A DNA stretch of 64,000 nucleotides from Chiloscyllium plagiosum (GCF_004010195.1 NC_057718.1:103791963-103855962); one strand, 5' to 3'. Positions 1 through 13,795 are shown, counted from the stretch's first letter. The notes: a model not told the origin generated them from the letters alone. Program-made: numbers and translations.

Positions 1-635
1 ACAATTGACACAAAGCTGGATGGGAGGGTGAGCTGTGAGGACAATGCAGAGGTGTTGCAGTGGACAGGCTGCATGTGTGGGAAAACGCATGGCAGATGCA
101 GTTTGATGTGGATAACTGTTAGGTTATCCATTTTGGGAGTAAAAATAAGAATCAGATTATTATTTGAATGCCTGTAAACTGACAGAGGGGAATATTCAAT
201 GAGACCTGGGTGTCTTCATGCACCAGTCGCTAAAGTAAGTGTGCGGGTACAGCAGGCGATAAAGAAGGTGAATTATATGTTAGTCTTCATAACAAGAGGA
301 TTCAAGTATAGGGACAAGGATGTCTTGCTGTAATTATACAGGGAATTGTTGAGGACACACTCAGAGTTTTGTGAGCAGTTTTGGTCCCCTTATATGAGGA
401 AGGATGTTCTTGCTGAGGAGGGAGTGTAGCGAAGGTTTACCAGACTGAGTCCTGGGATGGGAGGGCTGACTTATGAGAAGACATTGAATCGGTTTGGATT
501 ATATTTACTAGAAGTTAGGAGAATGAGAGGGAGATCTCATAGAAACCTGTGAAATTTGTACAGGACTAAACAGGGTAAATACAGGAAGGGTATTCCCAAT
601 GGTGGGGTAGCCCAAAATTGGACATCATTGTTGAA
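1..635 (+). mobile_element. Old CR1-clade LINE ORF2 (RT C-terminal) fragment
   Basis: Decayed translation DTKLDGRVSCEDNA...WQMQFDVDNC*VIHFG, typical of CR1 RT; stops and frameshifts present. Confidence 0.85.
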
Positions 636-636
636 G

Positions 637-720
637 GTGATGAAGGAGCAGTGCTCTGAAAGCTAGTGCTTCCAATTAAACCTGTTGGACTATAACCTGG
701 TGTTGTGTGATTTTTAATTT
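637..720 (+). mobile_element. PLE family B terminal-repeat fragment with truncated hammerhead motif
   Basis: tgatgaaggagcagtgctctgaaagctagtgcttccaattaaacctgttggactataacctggtgttgtgtgattttt matches 16097-16180. Confidence 0.8.
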
Positions 721-3654
721 AATTGAATGGGGGTAGCAGTCCCTCTCTCAGTGTTATAAACGTGGCTTGCGATACGTCAGTCTAAAAAAAAACAAATGCA
801 GCTTCATACATTTGAGTTCTTTATATTCCCTACCACTCCCAGTAATCTTAAATATCATTCCAAACTTTTCCCTGATGTTGACAGTCCTGAACGTACTGTA
901 TCATCGTTGGTGTGTGTGTGTGTGTCTCTGCTTGTTACTAGTCTGATCCTCACTTCCTCGGCAGCAGTCTCTGTCTGGTTTGTCCATTAGCAAGAAGCCT
1001 GCTGTCTGAAAGTAACGGCCTGAAAGAGGATCCATCCAGCAAACACAAAACAGGTTAGTTGCACCTGACTTCAAGATGACACCGGGCAATTTGATCAAGA
1101 ATTTACTTGCTGTGAACTAGTACACCAAATCTAAAGGCCAGGTTCCTCAGAAGAGTTGAGTAATAAGCTCACTACTTAATACATGCAAAACAAAATTACC
1201 AGGAAAGTATGAAGGCCCCAAGGCAAAGGAGGAATTCATCTGGGTATTATATTGCAGGATGACTTTACATAGAGTATAGAAGGCAACATGCACTTACCTG
1301 GAGCTGCACCTAACCTGCTATAACCCGAAAAACAGTAGATTTGGAAAATGAGATTAGAACTGGTGGCTAGTCTATCCAGCCATAATGGGCTGAATGGTCT
1401 TTTTCTAGAGCAGAGGTCACACAGCTTTCAAATAAAGCTGTTGGACTATAGCCTAGTGTCATGTGACTTCTGACCTTGTCCACTCCAGTCCAACACTGGC
1501 ACCCCCACTTCATACCTTTGTAGATATTTTCTAATCAACCCATTCATTAATGTTTTTACATGCTTCAGCAGCAAGTAGAGGAGAATGTGAATCTGGTCCT
1601 CCCAGCTCAGAGATAGGGACACTACCACTACACCACAAGAACTCCAAAAAGGTTCTAATGTACAGCATAGTTAAAATCACTTGTCCCATGTTCCAGTCCT
1701 CCTACTGTTCATTCTATCGACCTATCCTTCTCGTCCTCTCCCCCTCGAGCTTTTATGCAGCTGCCCCTTCCAAGTGTCTCTATTATTCATGTCAACCACT
1801 CCATGTAGCATTGAGTCCCACACTCTCTGGGTGAAGAGGCTTCTTTATTGGCTCTGGGTGAACAGCCTCATGTTTTGTTCTTTCCCATGAGTGGAAACAT
1901 TCGGTCTCTGCAGATCTGTTTTGTCAAAGCCTCCTCATTTTTAAAAATTTTTGTTTTGCCCGATTACTTTTTTTTCATACCCCTACATTACTGCCATACA
2001 AACAGCACCCACGTGTAAGTGTGTGTAGCTGCAGGACACAGAGAAAACATCAGGTATCTAAATGACTTCATTAATATTCCACTACCAGGAGAAACACTGA
2101 TGTGACCAAAGAACCAGTGACAAGCAGAGCCCCATTGGGTCAATGCCTACATGGAAAAAAATGAAGGTGGGGGAGTGGTGTGTGGGGCAGAATAGGGATC
2201 AAATCAAAAGAGAATTTGAGGGGGAATTAAAGCATTCCACCCCCCACGGTGTCCACCTCTCCCTAAAAGCATTGAGAGTCAAAGCCTCTTCATTGTTTGA
2301 AAGACGGTCACTCAATCAATTAATCGCTTTGTGATCATGTTTGTCCGAAAGGGGAGACCCAGTTTGTTCACCATCTCCTCATGGTCCAAACCTCCTGTTT
2401 CTCTACAAAGCAGAAAGATACAAATTGAAGTATACCAATAACCAATTCGAAATTTTATCCGGAATATTTTCATTGCATCATAGAAATCCAGATCCACCAC
2501 CAAATTTTGATTCGGGGCAGCTGACTGGCACATTGGTATAATCAATGGTGTAAAAAATATTCCTGGTGCTAAGTGCTTTCCTCGTGTTTGTGTTTCGCCT
2601 GAATTTGCTGACGTCTAATTAAGTTGGCTGTAGTGCAGAGATTTCCAAATTAGCTATTGTTATCTTCAGCTGATTGAACACCTGACCGATGCACAGTTTT
2701 GACGAAATTTATTGTTCTTGATCAAGCTACCAGTATGAGCTTTAAATTTCATAGCTAGATGTTAATTTAATGTGGAACAAAGCAATTTGCATTTACTATT
2801 AGACCAGCAATTACTTTCCTTGAGATTCATCCTTCCAAAAGCACCATAAAAGACATTCTAAAGATTTCAAATATTTATCGCAATTTTCTCAGATTTTCTT
2901 TTCTTCACAAAACATAAGTAGAAATTTAGTTCAACTATTTAGACATACAGCCAGGACAGGAGAGACTTGAACTGAGGCCAGTTGGACAAGAGGTAGGGAT
3001 CACAATTCCCTCTAGCAAGAACGTAGAAAACCAGTTAATCAAATATTTGTATTATATCTGTCAGCGTCAGGATGATTGATAAACGACAGTGGGCCAGAGA
3101 GTAGGCCTTTGTTCCTCGTGTGTACTTGCAGCAAGGAACTGTTTCGTTGTCTTCTGGAAAAATATTTCAGGAAGCTGGGGAGCTTGTTGCCAGCAATTTT
3201 TGGATGTGCTGGACTCTATCCCGAATTTCGGCTCTCCTGTTGGGAATCTCTTCACCTCAGCCTGCTAATGGAATTTTGGCTGCTTGATCTCTCAGAATAT
3301 ATATATGTGCGTAAATATATACTTAGGTTTGTGTGTGCACATGAATATGTATACACTGTGTTATGTAACATGTACAGGAGCTTGTGACTATCTGTCAACC
3401 TTACCAAGGCCTCTCCTAATCAATATCAAATGAATTATGATTAACCGTTTTGAGAAAAAGCATAATTATATGATATTACAATTAATGGAATTCTCTGTGG
3501 TTACAGCAGCAACTAACACGACTCTGCGCTCAGTCCATCTCAACAGCTTTAATCTGCAGGGACTACCAACAGTATGAGTTTTGTATAACTATCCTGCAGC
3601 TTTTGCATTCGGTGTTAAGCAGTTAAGACAACCTGTTGGTCTTTGTACAAAGTC

Positions 3655-4700
3655 TTACAGTCATAAAGGTCTGCAGCATGAAAATAGACCCTTCAGCCCA
3701 ACATACCCATGCTGTTCAGTTCTCACAATTTAAACTCGTCCCATTTGCCTGCATTTGGCCCGTATCCCTCCATTGGAATATTACATGCAATTCTGATCTC
3801 CCTCCTATCGGAAGGATGTTGTGAAAATTGAAAAGGTTCAGAAAAGATTTACAAGGATGATTCCAGGGTTGGAGGATTTGAGCTATAAAGAGAGGCTGAA
3901 TAGGCTAGGGCTGTTTTCACTGGAGCATCAGAGGCTGAGAGGTGACCGTATAGAGGTTTATAAAATCATGAGGGCAATGGATAGGGTAAATAGCCAAGGT
4001 ATTTTCCCCAGGTGGAGGAGTCCAGAACAAGAGGATATAGGTTTAGGGTGAGAGGGGAAAGATATAAAAGGGACCTAAGAAGCAACTTTTGCACACAGAG
4101 GGTGGTACGTGTATGGAATGAGTTGCCAGAGGATGTGGTGGAGGCTGGTACAATTGCAACATTTAAAAGGCATCTGGATGGGTATATGAATAGGAAGGGT
4201 TTGGAGGGATATGGGCCAGGTGCTGGCAGTGGGACTAGTTTGGGTTGGGATATCTGGTCGGTATGGACAAGTTGGACTGAAGGGTCTGTTTCCGTGCTGT
4301 ACATCTCTATGACTCTATGACTCCATACCTATCCCATCCATGTACCTGTGTAAATGTTTCTTAAATGACAAAATTGTGCTCACTTCCATCACTATCTCGG
4401 CCTGCTTGTTCCACTTACTCACCACCCTCTGTATGAAAAGATTGCTCCTCCATACCCCTTTGTGTCTCTCCCCTCAAACCTGTGCCCTCTAATTTTAGAC
4501 TCCCGTATCATGTGCAAAAACTATCAGTTTTATCTATGTCTCTCACGATTTTATAAACCTCGTTAATGTCACCCCTCAATCTCCTACGCTCTGGGGGAAA
4601 AAAAAGTCCCAGCTTATCCAATCTCTCCTTATAACTCAAACCTTTCAATTCAGGTAACTTTCCAGAAAATGGTTTTTGCACAGTTTCTAGGTTAAAAACA
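3655..4700. mobile_element. HER1/CR1 LINE 3' end (+, about 3785-4325) nested in an older minus-strand CR1 3' fragment
   Basis: KVQKRFTRMIPGLEDLSYKERLNRLGLFSLEHQRLRGDRIEVYKIM; tail ctctatgactctatga; flanks read as the reverse complement of a CR1 3' end. Confidence 0.9.
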
Positions 4701-4749
4701 TCCTTTCAATCTTGTTCGAGACAATGCGATTTATATTGCTGGATTCCAC

Positions 4750-5620
4750 GGTGTGCACATCCATACATCCTTGAAGCTAGCAGGACAGGTAGTTAAAGTG
4801 GTTAAGGCACATCTAGAATAATTGTCTTTATTAGTTGAGGCATTGAAAACAAGAGCAAGGAGGTTATGATAGAGCAACAACAAATGTTAAATAAGCCACA
4901 ACTGGAGTATTGTATGCAGATGATCACCACATTATGGAACAAATGTGACTCCTCGAGAGAGGGTGCAGAGGGGGGCCCTGATTGAGGTGGACAAAGTTTC
5001 AAGAGGCTGAGACAGGATAGATAGGGAGAAACTTTTCCCATAGCAGATGGGTCAATAACAAAAAGGGGCACAGTTTTAGGGAAGGAAAGAAGGCTTAGCA
5101 GGGAGTTGAGGAAGCTGTTTCATTCAAGGGATATCTGGAACTCTGCCTAAAAATGATAGCAGAGGCAGGAACTCTCAAGACACTTTCGTAGCATTTCGAG
5201 GTTCACTTGAAAAGCCAGAGCATCCAAAGCTACAGGCCAAGAATTGGAAAATGGGATTAGAATAGATGGATCTTTGATGACTGGCTTAGATATGATGCGC
5301 TGAAGGACCTCTTTCAGCGTTGTAAAAACTCTGACTCCATGTGAGCTGTAGGATTCCCAAGCACCATGGCCAGCAGGTGGTGCTTGGTGAGTATGGGGGT
5401 GGCAAACGCACAGTGCATCCCAGGACCATGGCCAAAGTGACCAATGCTTTCCTTTATTGGTCAGAGTATTGAGTACAGGAGTTGGGAAGTCATGTTGTGG
5501 CTGTACAGGGCATTGGTTAGGCCACTGTTGGAATATTGTATGCAATTCTGGTCTCCTTCCTATCGGAAGGATGTTGTGAAAGTTGAAAGGGTTCAGAAAA
5601 GATTTAAAAGGATGTTGCCA
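4750..5620 (+). mobile_element. Two CR1-clade LINE fragments (about 4750-5345 and 5443-5620)
   Basis: LSFIGQSIEYRSWEVMLWLYRALVRPLLEYCMQFWSPSYRKDVVKVERVQKRF; degenerate CR1 3' end upstream. Confidence 0.85.
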
Positions 5621-6764
5621 GGTGCCACTGTTAATGGTGGTCATGGCTGGGACTGCACCCGCAGAATGAGAGGGAGTTTGTGGATGCACATCCTTGAAGT
5701 CATGTGAGTGAATTCAGGGGCATCAGGCAAGAATAGGTGAGGGTTGGGGCCATGGTGAGGGGTGCTGCTGCTTGAAGCAGGTGCCAGCTTTGCTGCAGAG
5801 GCTATCACCGCTGGCAAGAACATCTCCATTCGGCTAACTCTTGAACTGATGGTTGACCATTTTTCTCTCAGTTTGCAATTTGCCCACATTCATCACTTTT
5901 AATTACCTCATCCACTTGCTGGTTGTAACGCAAAAGCATCAAATGTTGAGAATTATTGACCAATTTAAACCATTTGAAGATATTCCAAAACAAACACAGA
6001 ATCAGTGTTGAGTAAAGCATGGAAACAGACCCTTCGTTCCAACTCTTCCATGCTGATCAGGTATCCGAAATGAATCTAATCCCGTTTAACTGCTTCTAGC
6101 CCATATCCCTCTAAACCATTCCTTTTCAAATACCCATTCAGTTGCGTTAAAATTTTAGTAACTGTCAGGTAAGTGATCACAATGAAAAACTGGCAAGATT
6201 TTATTGAACTGTTATTTCCTACAATAATGATATAGAGATTATACCAATGAGGCACATCTCTCTTTACAAAACAACATGATCTCAGCTGGACAAGTCAGTT
6301 CTCTGAATGAAATCTCTCTTGATAGTTTATATTTTGTTTATAATTTACAGGAGTGGTATTTCTCTAAAACAAGGACAAAGATGCAGATTTAGCTTTAACA
6401 ATAAAACAGAAGTTTATTAATCAAAATAAATAAAACATAAAATAAACCAAGCTATCAAAAGGTAACAGATTTTAAAATTCCAAAACAAAGACAAATATAA
6501 TTCCATCTATTGCTTAGCACTATCATTTCACAGTTAATTAAAACAGAGAAAGGTTCCTTTGCTGTCTAATCTATAGGTTTGACTCAGCAGTTTCTTTCTC
6601 AATTCCTCTCCTGTTAGCTATGAAGTATTTTTCTTTAATCCTCACACAACTGCGATCTTAGATTTTCTCAACTTTGAATAACTAAAGTAGAATTCTAACC
6701 AAACACTTTTGGTCTGGAAGTTTCACAAACTACATTATTTTACTGAGGCAACTCATTCCCTTTT

Positions 6765-6890
6765 GAAGGGTCACTGGGTCCAAAATATTAACTGCGCTTT
6801 CTCTCCACAGATGCTGCCAGACTTGAGTGCTTCCAGTAATTTATGTTTGTGTTTGATTTCCAGCATCTGCAGTTATTTGTTTTTTTTATT
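6765..6890 (+). mobile_element. Degenerate PLE family A' terminal fragment
   Basis: gaagggtcact...ccacagatgctgccagact...tttccagcatctgcag, similar to 27742-27878. Confidence 0.65.
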
Positions 6891-7769
6891 CCTTTAACTG
6901 TTCTGAATAATTTCCTTTTCTTGAGGAGAAATTATACTTGCATCTGACTTTCATTAAGTCGCCATCAAACTGCCCAAAGGCTTTTCAAAGTGTTGTTTTC
7001 AAATAAAATCAATGATTATTTTAAACGTAAAATCAAGCTATTGTCATTCAATGTTTTCTATCTCCTGTCATAAAACCAGACAAAATCAACAAACTTCCAT
7101 TAACACTCCAGGAGGCACATATTGATTTTAAATCATGGTTCTCAAAAGACTGACCTAGTTAATTAGAATCATAAATTTACATGGAGTCACAGCATGGAAA
7201 CAGACCCTTCAGTCCAACTTGTCCATGTTGACCAGATCCTAAATTAATCTAGTCCCATTTGCCAGCATTTGACCTATATCCCCATAAACAGTATTTTGCT
7301 CTTCTCTGAATGCTACACTATCATTACATGCTGTTCTTCATATAGCAGTCTCTCATTTCCATTATCCAATGCATCATAGGTTCTGCATTCAGCATGACCA
7401 TAATTAAGGAGAATATTGGGTAGCAGCATCTGGAAGCTATAAAGGAGTATCTACAAGTTATCTGTTTCACCACAAGTTGTACCAGTATAGTGCTTAGATT
7501 CATGACTGAAGTCTAGACCACACTATCCCTACCCAGGAGTTATCCATTGGACATACCAGACAACATTAGGGCTGCTACATTCAGGCACAAGTGAATTTTT
7601 AATCAATTCAATAAATCCTAATTACTGTCAAACAGCATCTCTGGTCCTGAAAAATTAAGTTTACAGTCTAATTTCTTCTGAATTATTGCTGTCTCTTAAA
7701 TCTCTCTTGACTCTATGGTCATCCCTGGTGAATAGCAGATATGGACAGCTCAGTCCATGAGTAACCTGA

Positions 7770-9660
7770 TCTCCAGGCCAGATCTAAATGAATACTGTTT
7801 GTCAGTGTTGAATAATGAGAGGGATGGTGTTGGTATAGAAATGAACGAGAAGGAATGGGACAAACTTTAAAAAATTAGCATAGACAGAGACGAGGTTCTA
7901 AGTTATATTGCCAGCTTGAAAAGTAGATAAATCTTCAAGGTCAGATGGAACATATCTCAAGCTGTTAAGTAAGGCGATGGAGGAAATAGCAGGGGTGTTG
8001 GCAATCATTTTCAATTCCTCACTGGCCACAGGTGAAATACGGGAAGACCTTTTAAAAAAAAATAATTCACCCATGGGATGTGGGCGTCACTGGATGGGCC
8101 AGCCTTTATTGAGAAGGTGGGGGTGAGCTGCCTTCATGAACCGCTGCAGTCCATGTGCTGTGGGGAGACCCACAATACCCTTAGGGAGGGATTCCAGGAT
8201 TTTGTTCTAGCGACACTGAAGGAACGGCGATATAGATCCAAGACAGGACAGTGAGTGCGGTTCTGCAAGATTCAATGTCGGGTTCCTTGCTGTTAGTAGT
8301 TTATATAAATGATTTAGACTTGAATGTGGTGAGTTGATTGGTAAGTTTATGGATGATATAAAAATGGATGGGGTGGTAAATATTGAGGATAGCTTTCGAT
8401 TACAGGAGGAGATAGACGGAGTGGTGAGATGGGCTGATCTATGGAAAATGGAATTCAATTTGATTAAATGTGAGGTGATGGATTTTACCAACAGAAATAA
8501 GGCAAGGGAATGCATGATGAACAGTGGGAGCCTGGGAAGCACCTAGGATCAGAGAAACCTTGGTGTGCATGTCCACGGTCCCTTCAGGTAGTGGGACAGG
8601 TGGATAAAGTGGTTAAGGCAGCATATGGTTTACTTGCTTTTATCAACTGAGTCAGAGAGTTTAAGAGTATGCTGGATCTTTATAAATTGTTGGTTGGTGA
8701 TAGTTGGAGTATTGTGCGCAGTTCAGGATTTCACATTCTAGGAGGGGTGTCAATGCACTGGGGAGGGTGCAGAGGAGATTTACCGGGACATTGTAACTAA
8801 AACTCTCCAACCCAGTCAAGGAGAGAGTGGACAGACTGGGGTTTTCTGTGGAGCAGAGGAGACCAAGGAGGGAACCTGATTGATAGAGTCATAGTCACAG
8901 CAAGGAAACAGAACCTTCAGTCCAAATTGTCCGTGCCGACCAGATATCCTAAATTAAACAAGTCCCACTTGCCAGCACTTAGCCCATATCCCTCTAAACC
9001 CTTCCTATTATAAAATTACAGGGGACGTAGACAGGGTAGACACGAAGAAATGCTTCCTCTTGATGGAATAATCAATTACCGGGGTGAGAAATCGATTGTA
9101 AGAGACAGGAGGGTTACAGGAGAGGAGAAGAAAGTGGTGGGAATCTGACCTCACTGCCTGTGAGGATGTAGGGACAGAAACCCTTGTAACATTGCAGCTT
9201 TTAATGGGGAGGTGATGACGTAGTGGTGTTATCACTGCGCTCTTAATCCAGAGACCCAGATAATGTGCCAGGTACCTGGGTTCAAATCCTACCGCAGGTG
9301 GTGGAATTTGAATTCAGTTTTAAAAAATAGATCTTAAGTAAGAGTCTAATGATGATTGTCAGGAAAAACTCACCTGGTTCACTTTAGGGAAGGAAACTGT
9401 CATCCTTACCTGATCTGGCCTGGAGTTGATTCTTAAATGCCCTTTGTGCAATTAGGGATGGACAATAAATGCTGGCCTAACCAGAGATGCCCTCATCCTG
9501 TGGGTGAATAAAAACATTAAATATATTTGTGATACCAAGGCAGACAAGATTATGGGCCAAGTGCTGGAAAGTAAGGTTAGAATAGTTACTTGATTGTTTT
9601 TGACCAGTACAGATGTGCTGGGCCAAAGGGCCTTTTTCTATGCTGTAGACGTCTATGACA
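7770..9660 (+). mobile_element. Old CR1 LINE ORF2 remnant with nested insertions (minus-strand LINE tail about 8050-8255, HER1 3' end about 8885-9008, SINE 9207-9515)
   Basis: IGKFMDDIKMDGVVNIEDSFRLQEEIDGVVRWADLWKMEFNLIKCEVM; the colinear CR1 sequence resumes after each insert. Confidence 0.8.
9207..9515 (+). mobile_element. tRNA-headed SINE family 2; other copies at about 12710-12950, 20750-21040(-), 28695-28870 plus 29780-29920, 49533-49920, 56135-56480(-), 57370-57580 plus 58215-58300
   Basis: ggggagg..atg..tagtgg head, ggttcaaatcc B-box, ggaaggaaactg-ccatccttacc core, aataaatgctggcc...gaataaaa tail shared with the LINE at 12950-13330. Confidence 0.8.
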
Positions 9661-10879
9661 CAGTGAAGTGGCTGACTCCAAGCCACTCAGCTCAAGGGCA
9701 ATAATGCGCACATCCCATGAAACAACTGATAAATATAACATCCCTGAGACATCTCAATGTTTGAAAAACTTGCAGCATTATAAAAAATGCTGCTAATGTT
9801 CTTCCAAGATCTACCTGGAAAGCTTCCCGCAGGATCTGAGTTACTAGCTGACAGTATAACTTCAACATAAGCCACTAATCCCAAGCACTGTGTGACTAAG
9901 CTTTCTCTTTGCAAGCATCTGTTTATTCAGGAGCTGGAGGTTAAGTGAAAGCCAACGTTCAATAAGTACACATGGGATTTTCAGTACAAATGGAGGCAAA
10001 GTGCAATGTACTGTGAGCAGTTCTACACCATCCCAGTGACAGAGAAATATATAGCAACATGACCAGAAATTCTGAAGGCAGTCTCCTGGTGAGTCATTGT
10101 GAAATAAGTTTGGATTAACACTTGGGGTGTTAATGTATGCAGACTGAAATTAGTAACAAAAATAAGGTTTCAATGAAATGCCGCATGAGTGCAATTTTGT
10201 ACAATCACAAAAATATGTGCCAGATTTTCTTTCATCCCTCTACATTTATCACTGCAGACTAACTATTAAAAATAATTGTTTATTTAAAAACGTTTGCATC
10301 AACCTCATCGAGGGTCTGACAGTTTTGCAGGTTAAGCTGTTTCAAAGCAGCAGTACTCAGTCCCAGGTTGGACACATTGCACAAACTGGTGGATGGTTAT
10401 TCCCATTGGACAGGTTGATCCAACACTCCAAGGATGCAGTGATCTCTCGGGGTGAAGGAACCACACACCAGATCAGAGACTGGCTTCACTTCCCAGATGA
10501 CAGGAGGAGGAAGATAGACAAGCAACAGCAAATGCTGGACAGCATGGTGTGGCCAGGAATCAGGAGGGGTTCAACTCCAACTGGATGTCCGTCTCCAGAA
10601 TATAGCAGAATTCTGTTTGCTCTCTGAAATGATAGGCAGCCTGCCTAGTGAAAGTTGTTGTTTGAAATTCACTCAGAGCTGCCAAGATGGACAAGCAGAA
10701 ACTCATCTCTGATGGACAGCAGGTGAGGTCACTCAAGTAATCTCATCTGCAAGACGTATCTTTCCTTCCACTTACTGCAAATAACTCAATATTTTGGAGG
10801 ATCCCATTAAAGTGCGTATGCTGTCAACTAACAGAAGGAGTCTACACTAGAACTAAACGATAGCTATTAATGCCCCCAG

Positions 10880-11150
10880 ATAGTTGTGAATGCAGCCCAG
10901 CCATCACGCAAACCAACCTTCCATCTGTTAATTCTATCTATATTATTCCATCAATTGAGATCCCTCCCACCTCGGTTATAATCTCTTCCATCAGGCAAAA
11001 GATAGCAAAGTTTAAACACACGTGCCAAAGATTCAAGAACAGCTTCTCCCCTGCTATTATTAGACTTCTGATTGGACATCTCAAATTTCCAAACTAATGC
11101 TTTTTATGCACCTTCTTTGCAGCTGTAACTTTGTATTCCTCATCCTATTC
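10880..11150 (+). mobile_element. Rex1/Babar-type LINE 3' fragment
   Basis: ITQTNLPSVNSIY...RFKNSFSPAIIRLL, homologous to the Rex1-type ORF at 45244-45894. Confidence 0.7.
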
Positions 11151-11159
11151 ACTCACCCT

Positions 11160-11440
11160 AGGTTAGATTCCCTACACTGTGGAAACAGGCCCTTTGGCCC
11201 AATCATTTCTCCGAAAAGTAACCCACCCAGACCCATTTCCCTCCGACTAATGCACCTAACACTACGGGCACTTTATCATGGCCAATTCACCTGACCTGCA
11301 CATTTTCGGACTGTGGGAGGAAACTGGAGCACCCAGACACAGGGAGTATGCGCAAACTCCATACAGACAGTCACCCAAGGCTGGAATTGAACCTGGCACC
11401 CTGATGGTGTGAGGCAGCAGTGCTAGCCACTGAGCCACCG
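11160..11440 (-). mobile_element. HE1-type V-SINE
   Basis: Reverse complement gives ggtggctcagtggctagcactgctgcctcac head, V-domain tggagtttgc...cctcccacagtcc, tail cagtgtagggaatctaa. Confidence 0.9.
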
Positions 11441-12396
11441 AACCTAGTGAAAATAGGTACTGACAATAATAAATCAAAACAAAAAACATTGTGATCTGGA
11501 CCATTCTTCCCCATCACAATGAAAATTCCAGCAACAGCTAGAGTAGCTCTTACCTTTAATTTTGCATCAGATGTTTTCCAGTCTCACACAGATGGTATGA
11601 ATGGTGTTTGGTTTGTTGTCCATCACTAGACATTTTAAAAACAGGATTAACCATTACGAATATAAAGTTTCAGATTACAAATATCAATCTCCTGGATCCA
11701 ACTTCATAGAAACCAAGAGGAAACCAATTGGAGCTAGCTGAACGTGAAAACAGGTGATACGTCCAATTGGACAAATACATGGAGGATAACACACAAAGCA
11801 ATACACAGCATGACATTCCTATTTACAATATTATGAGGGAACAGAGACTCAGGAACATAGGATTAGAGGACTGAGTTGATCATTTGGCCCTTTCAACCCC
11901 TTCTGCTCTTCAGTTAGAATATATTCAATCTGATTGTGCTCTCAAACCCATTATCCTGCCTGCCATCATGACCATTCCCCCTCCCGCACCCGCTCCAACA
12001 ATAGCTGTTAACCCCATGGTGTATTTCAAAAATCTATCCAATTCAACCTTAAACACATTTAATGATGCAGTCCCCACTAATTTGAGGAGGAAAATTCTGT
12101 ACTCTAATGAAGCTCTGAGGGGAAAAACAATTCTCCTTATCTCCATCTCAAAAGTGGCGTCTCTTGTTTTAAACCATTTACTCTAGTTCTACAATCCCCA
12201 CTGCTTTGCCTCTTCCTCCCCTCTTCTCCACACCACCCCCCCCCCCCTTTTCTGGGAACAGAAGTAGGCCATTCAGCCCATCATTTCAATAAGCTCATCT
12301 CTCATTCTTCAAAAAATTTCTGACTCAGCCTTAACAACCTTTCCTCATAGGGTAACCTGTCATTCAAGGAATGAGTCAAGTATAAAAAGGATAAAC

Positions 12397-13795
12397 AATT
12401 ATCAGAGTTTGTAATGGATAAATGGATTCCAGCAGTTAACACACTGCCAGATTAATTACACAGGAAAGTGTTCATCACCGCTATATAGGGACTTATCTGG
12501 TGGGCTAAACAATCTGATCACTATAAAACCCAGATTTGCATTGTGTTAATTTCAATTAATGATTGTCCCACAGGCAGAAAGAACATGGGATTTACCTGAT
12601 GGAATTTAATATTCATTGTGTTCATAGAGTGTCACTGAGGTTGAGCGTGTACATTGCCAAAGCAATTATGGCTGCATCACTGGATTAATAATAATCCTGG
12701 GAGCACTGGCTAAAATATTCTGGGCACAGGGTTTCAAACCCCATCATTGTGCAAAATTAAACGTTTAATGAAGCAAGTCTCTAACAATGACCATTATGCT
12801 GCCATCTTTTGTTGTAAAATCCATATGGTTCACTAATGTCCTTTAGGGAAGGAAATCTGCTGTCCTAACCTGATCCGGCCTACATGTGACACCAGACCTA
12901 CAGTGACGTCGCTGATTCTCAACTGCCCTCTGACATGGTCCAGCCAGCTCTTTCCCTCCACCACCGACACTCAGTAGTAGCAGTGTGTACCATCTACAAA
13001 GTGCACTACAGAAATTCAAAGATTGTTTGACAGCACCTTCCAAACCCATGACCACTTCCATCCAGAAGGACAAGGTGGAAACCCCACACTCTGCGATTTT
13101 CCCTCCAAGTCACTCCTCAGCCTGACTTGGAAAAATATCACCGTTCTTCAGTGACACTGGGTCAAAATCCCGAATTCCCTCCCCAGTTGCATTGTGGGAC
13201 TACCTAAAACACATGGACTGTAGTGGTTCAAGGTAGTTCACCATCACCTTCTCAAGGGGCAACTAGGGGCAGGCAGTAAAAAGGATGCTGGCCCAGCCCA
13301 TAACACCCACCCCCCATGAGTGAATAAAAAGGCCCCTCAATTGAGGGCAATTAAAGATGGGACACAAATAGAATTATAGTCACACAGTACAGAAACAGAC
13401 CCTTCAGCCTAACCAGTCCATGCTGACTATAATCCCAAACAAAGCTAGTCCCACCAGCCTGCTCCTGACCCATAGCCCTCCAACCCTTTCCTATTCACGT
13501 ATCCATCTAAATGTCTTTTAAACATTGTAACTGTAGCCACATCCACCACTTCTTCGGGAAGTTCATTCCACAGTTAAACCACCCTCTGTGTAAAATATTT
13601 GCCCCACATTCTTTCCACCTGTGGGACAATCATTAATTGAGATTAACACAATGCAAATCTGGGTTTTATAGTGATCAGGTTGTTTAGCCCACCAGATAAG
13701 TCTCTATGTGGTGGTGGCAAACATTTACCTATGTAATTAATCTGGCAGTGTGTCAACTGATGAAATCCATGTATCCACTACAAACTCTGATAATT
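12397..13795. repeat. Inverted duplication of about 190 bp (12397-12590 vs 13602-13795)
   Basis: aattatcagagtttgta...gattgtcccacagg recurs as its reverse complement; about 90% identity by eye. Confidence 0.9.
12950..13330 (+). mobile_element. L2/CR1-group LINE 3' end (tail partner of SINE family 2); other pieces at about 21185-21840, 37735-38075, 48500-49070(-), 61560-62035(-)
   Basis: cagcaccttccaaaccc..accacttccatc.agaaggacaag motif repeated at several loci; RT text MFTDDCTMFSTI at about 48900 (-). Confidence 0.75.

Noticed and set aside
2312..2404. Minus-strand terminal-exon candidate ETGGLDHEEMVNKLGLPFRTNMITKRLID*
   Set aside because: Good acceptor, but no recognisable homology and no linked upstream exon
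6240..7140. Possible reverse-orientation solo LTR
   Set aside because: Only an aataaa-like signal and composition suggest it; no clear TG..CA termini or TSD found
10178..10627. 149-aa ORF and nearby splice-like sites
   Set aside because: No recognisable domain; minus-strand frames from the candidate acceptor all hit stops
11554..11625. Minus-strand exon-like segment with AAG|GTAAG donor
   Set aside because: Stops in all three frames; at most a non-coding exon, and unsupported
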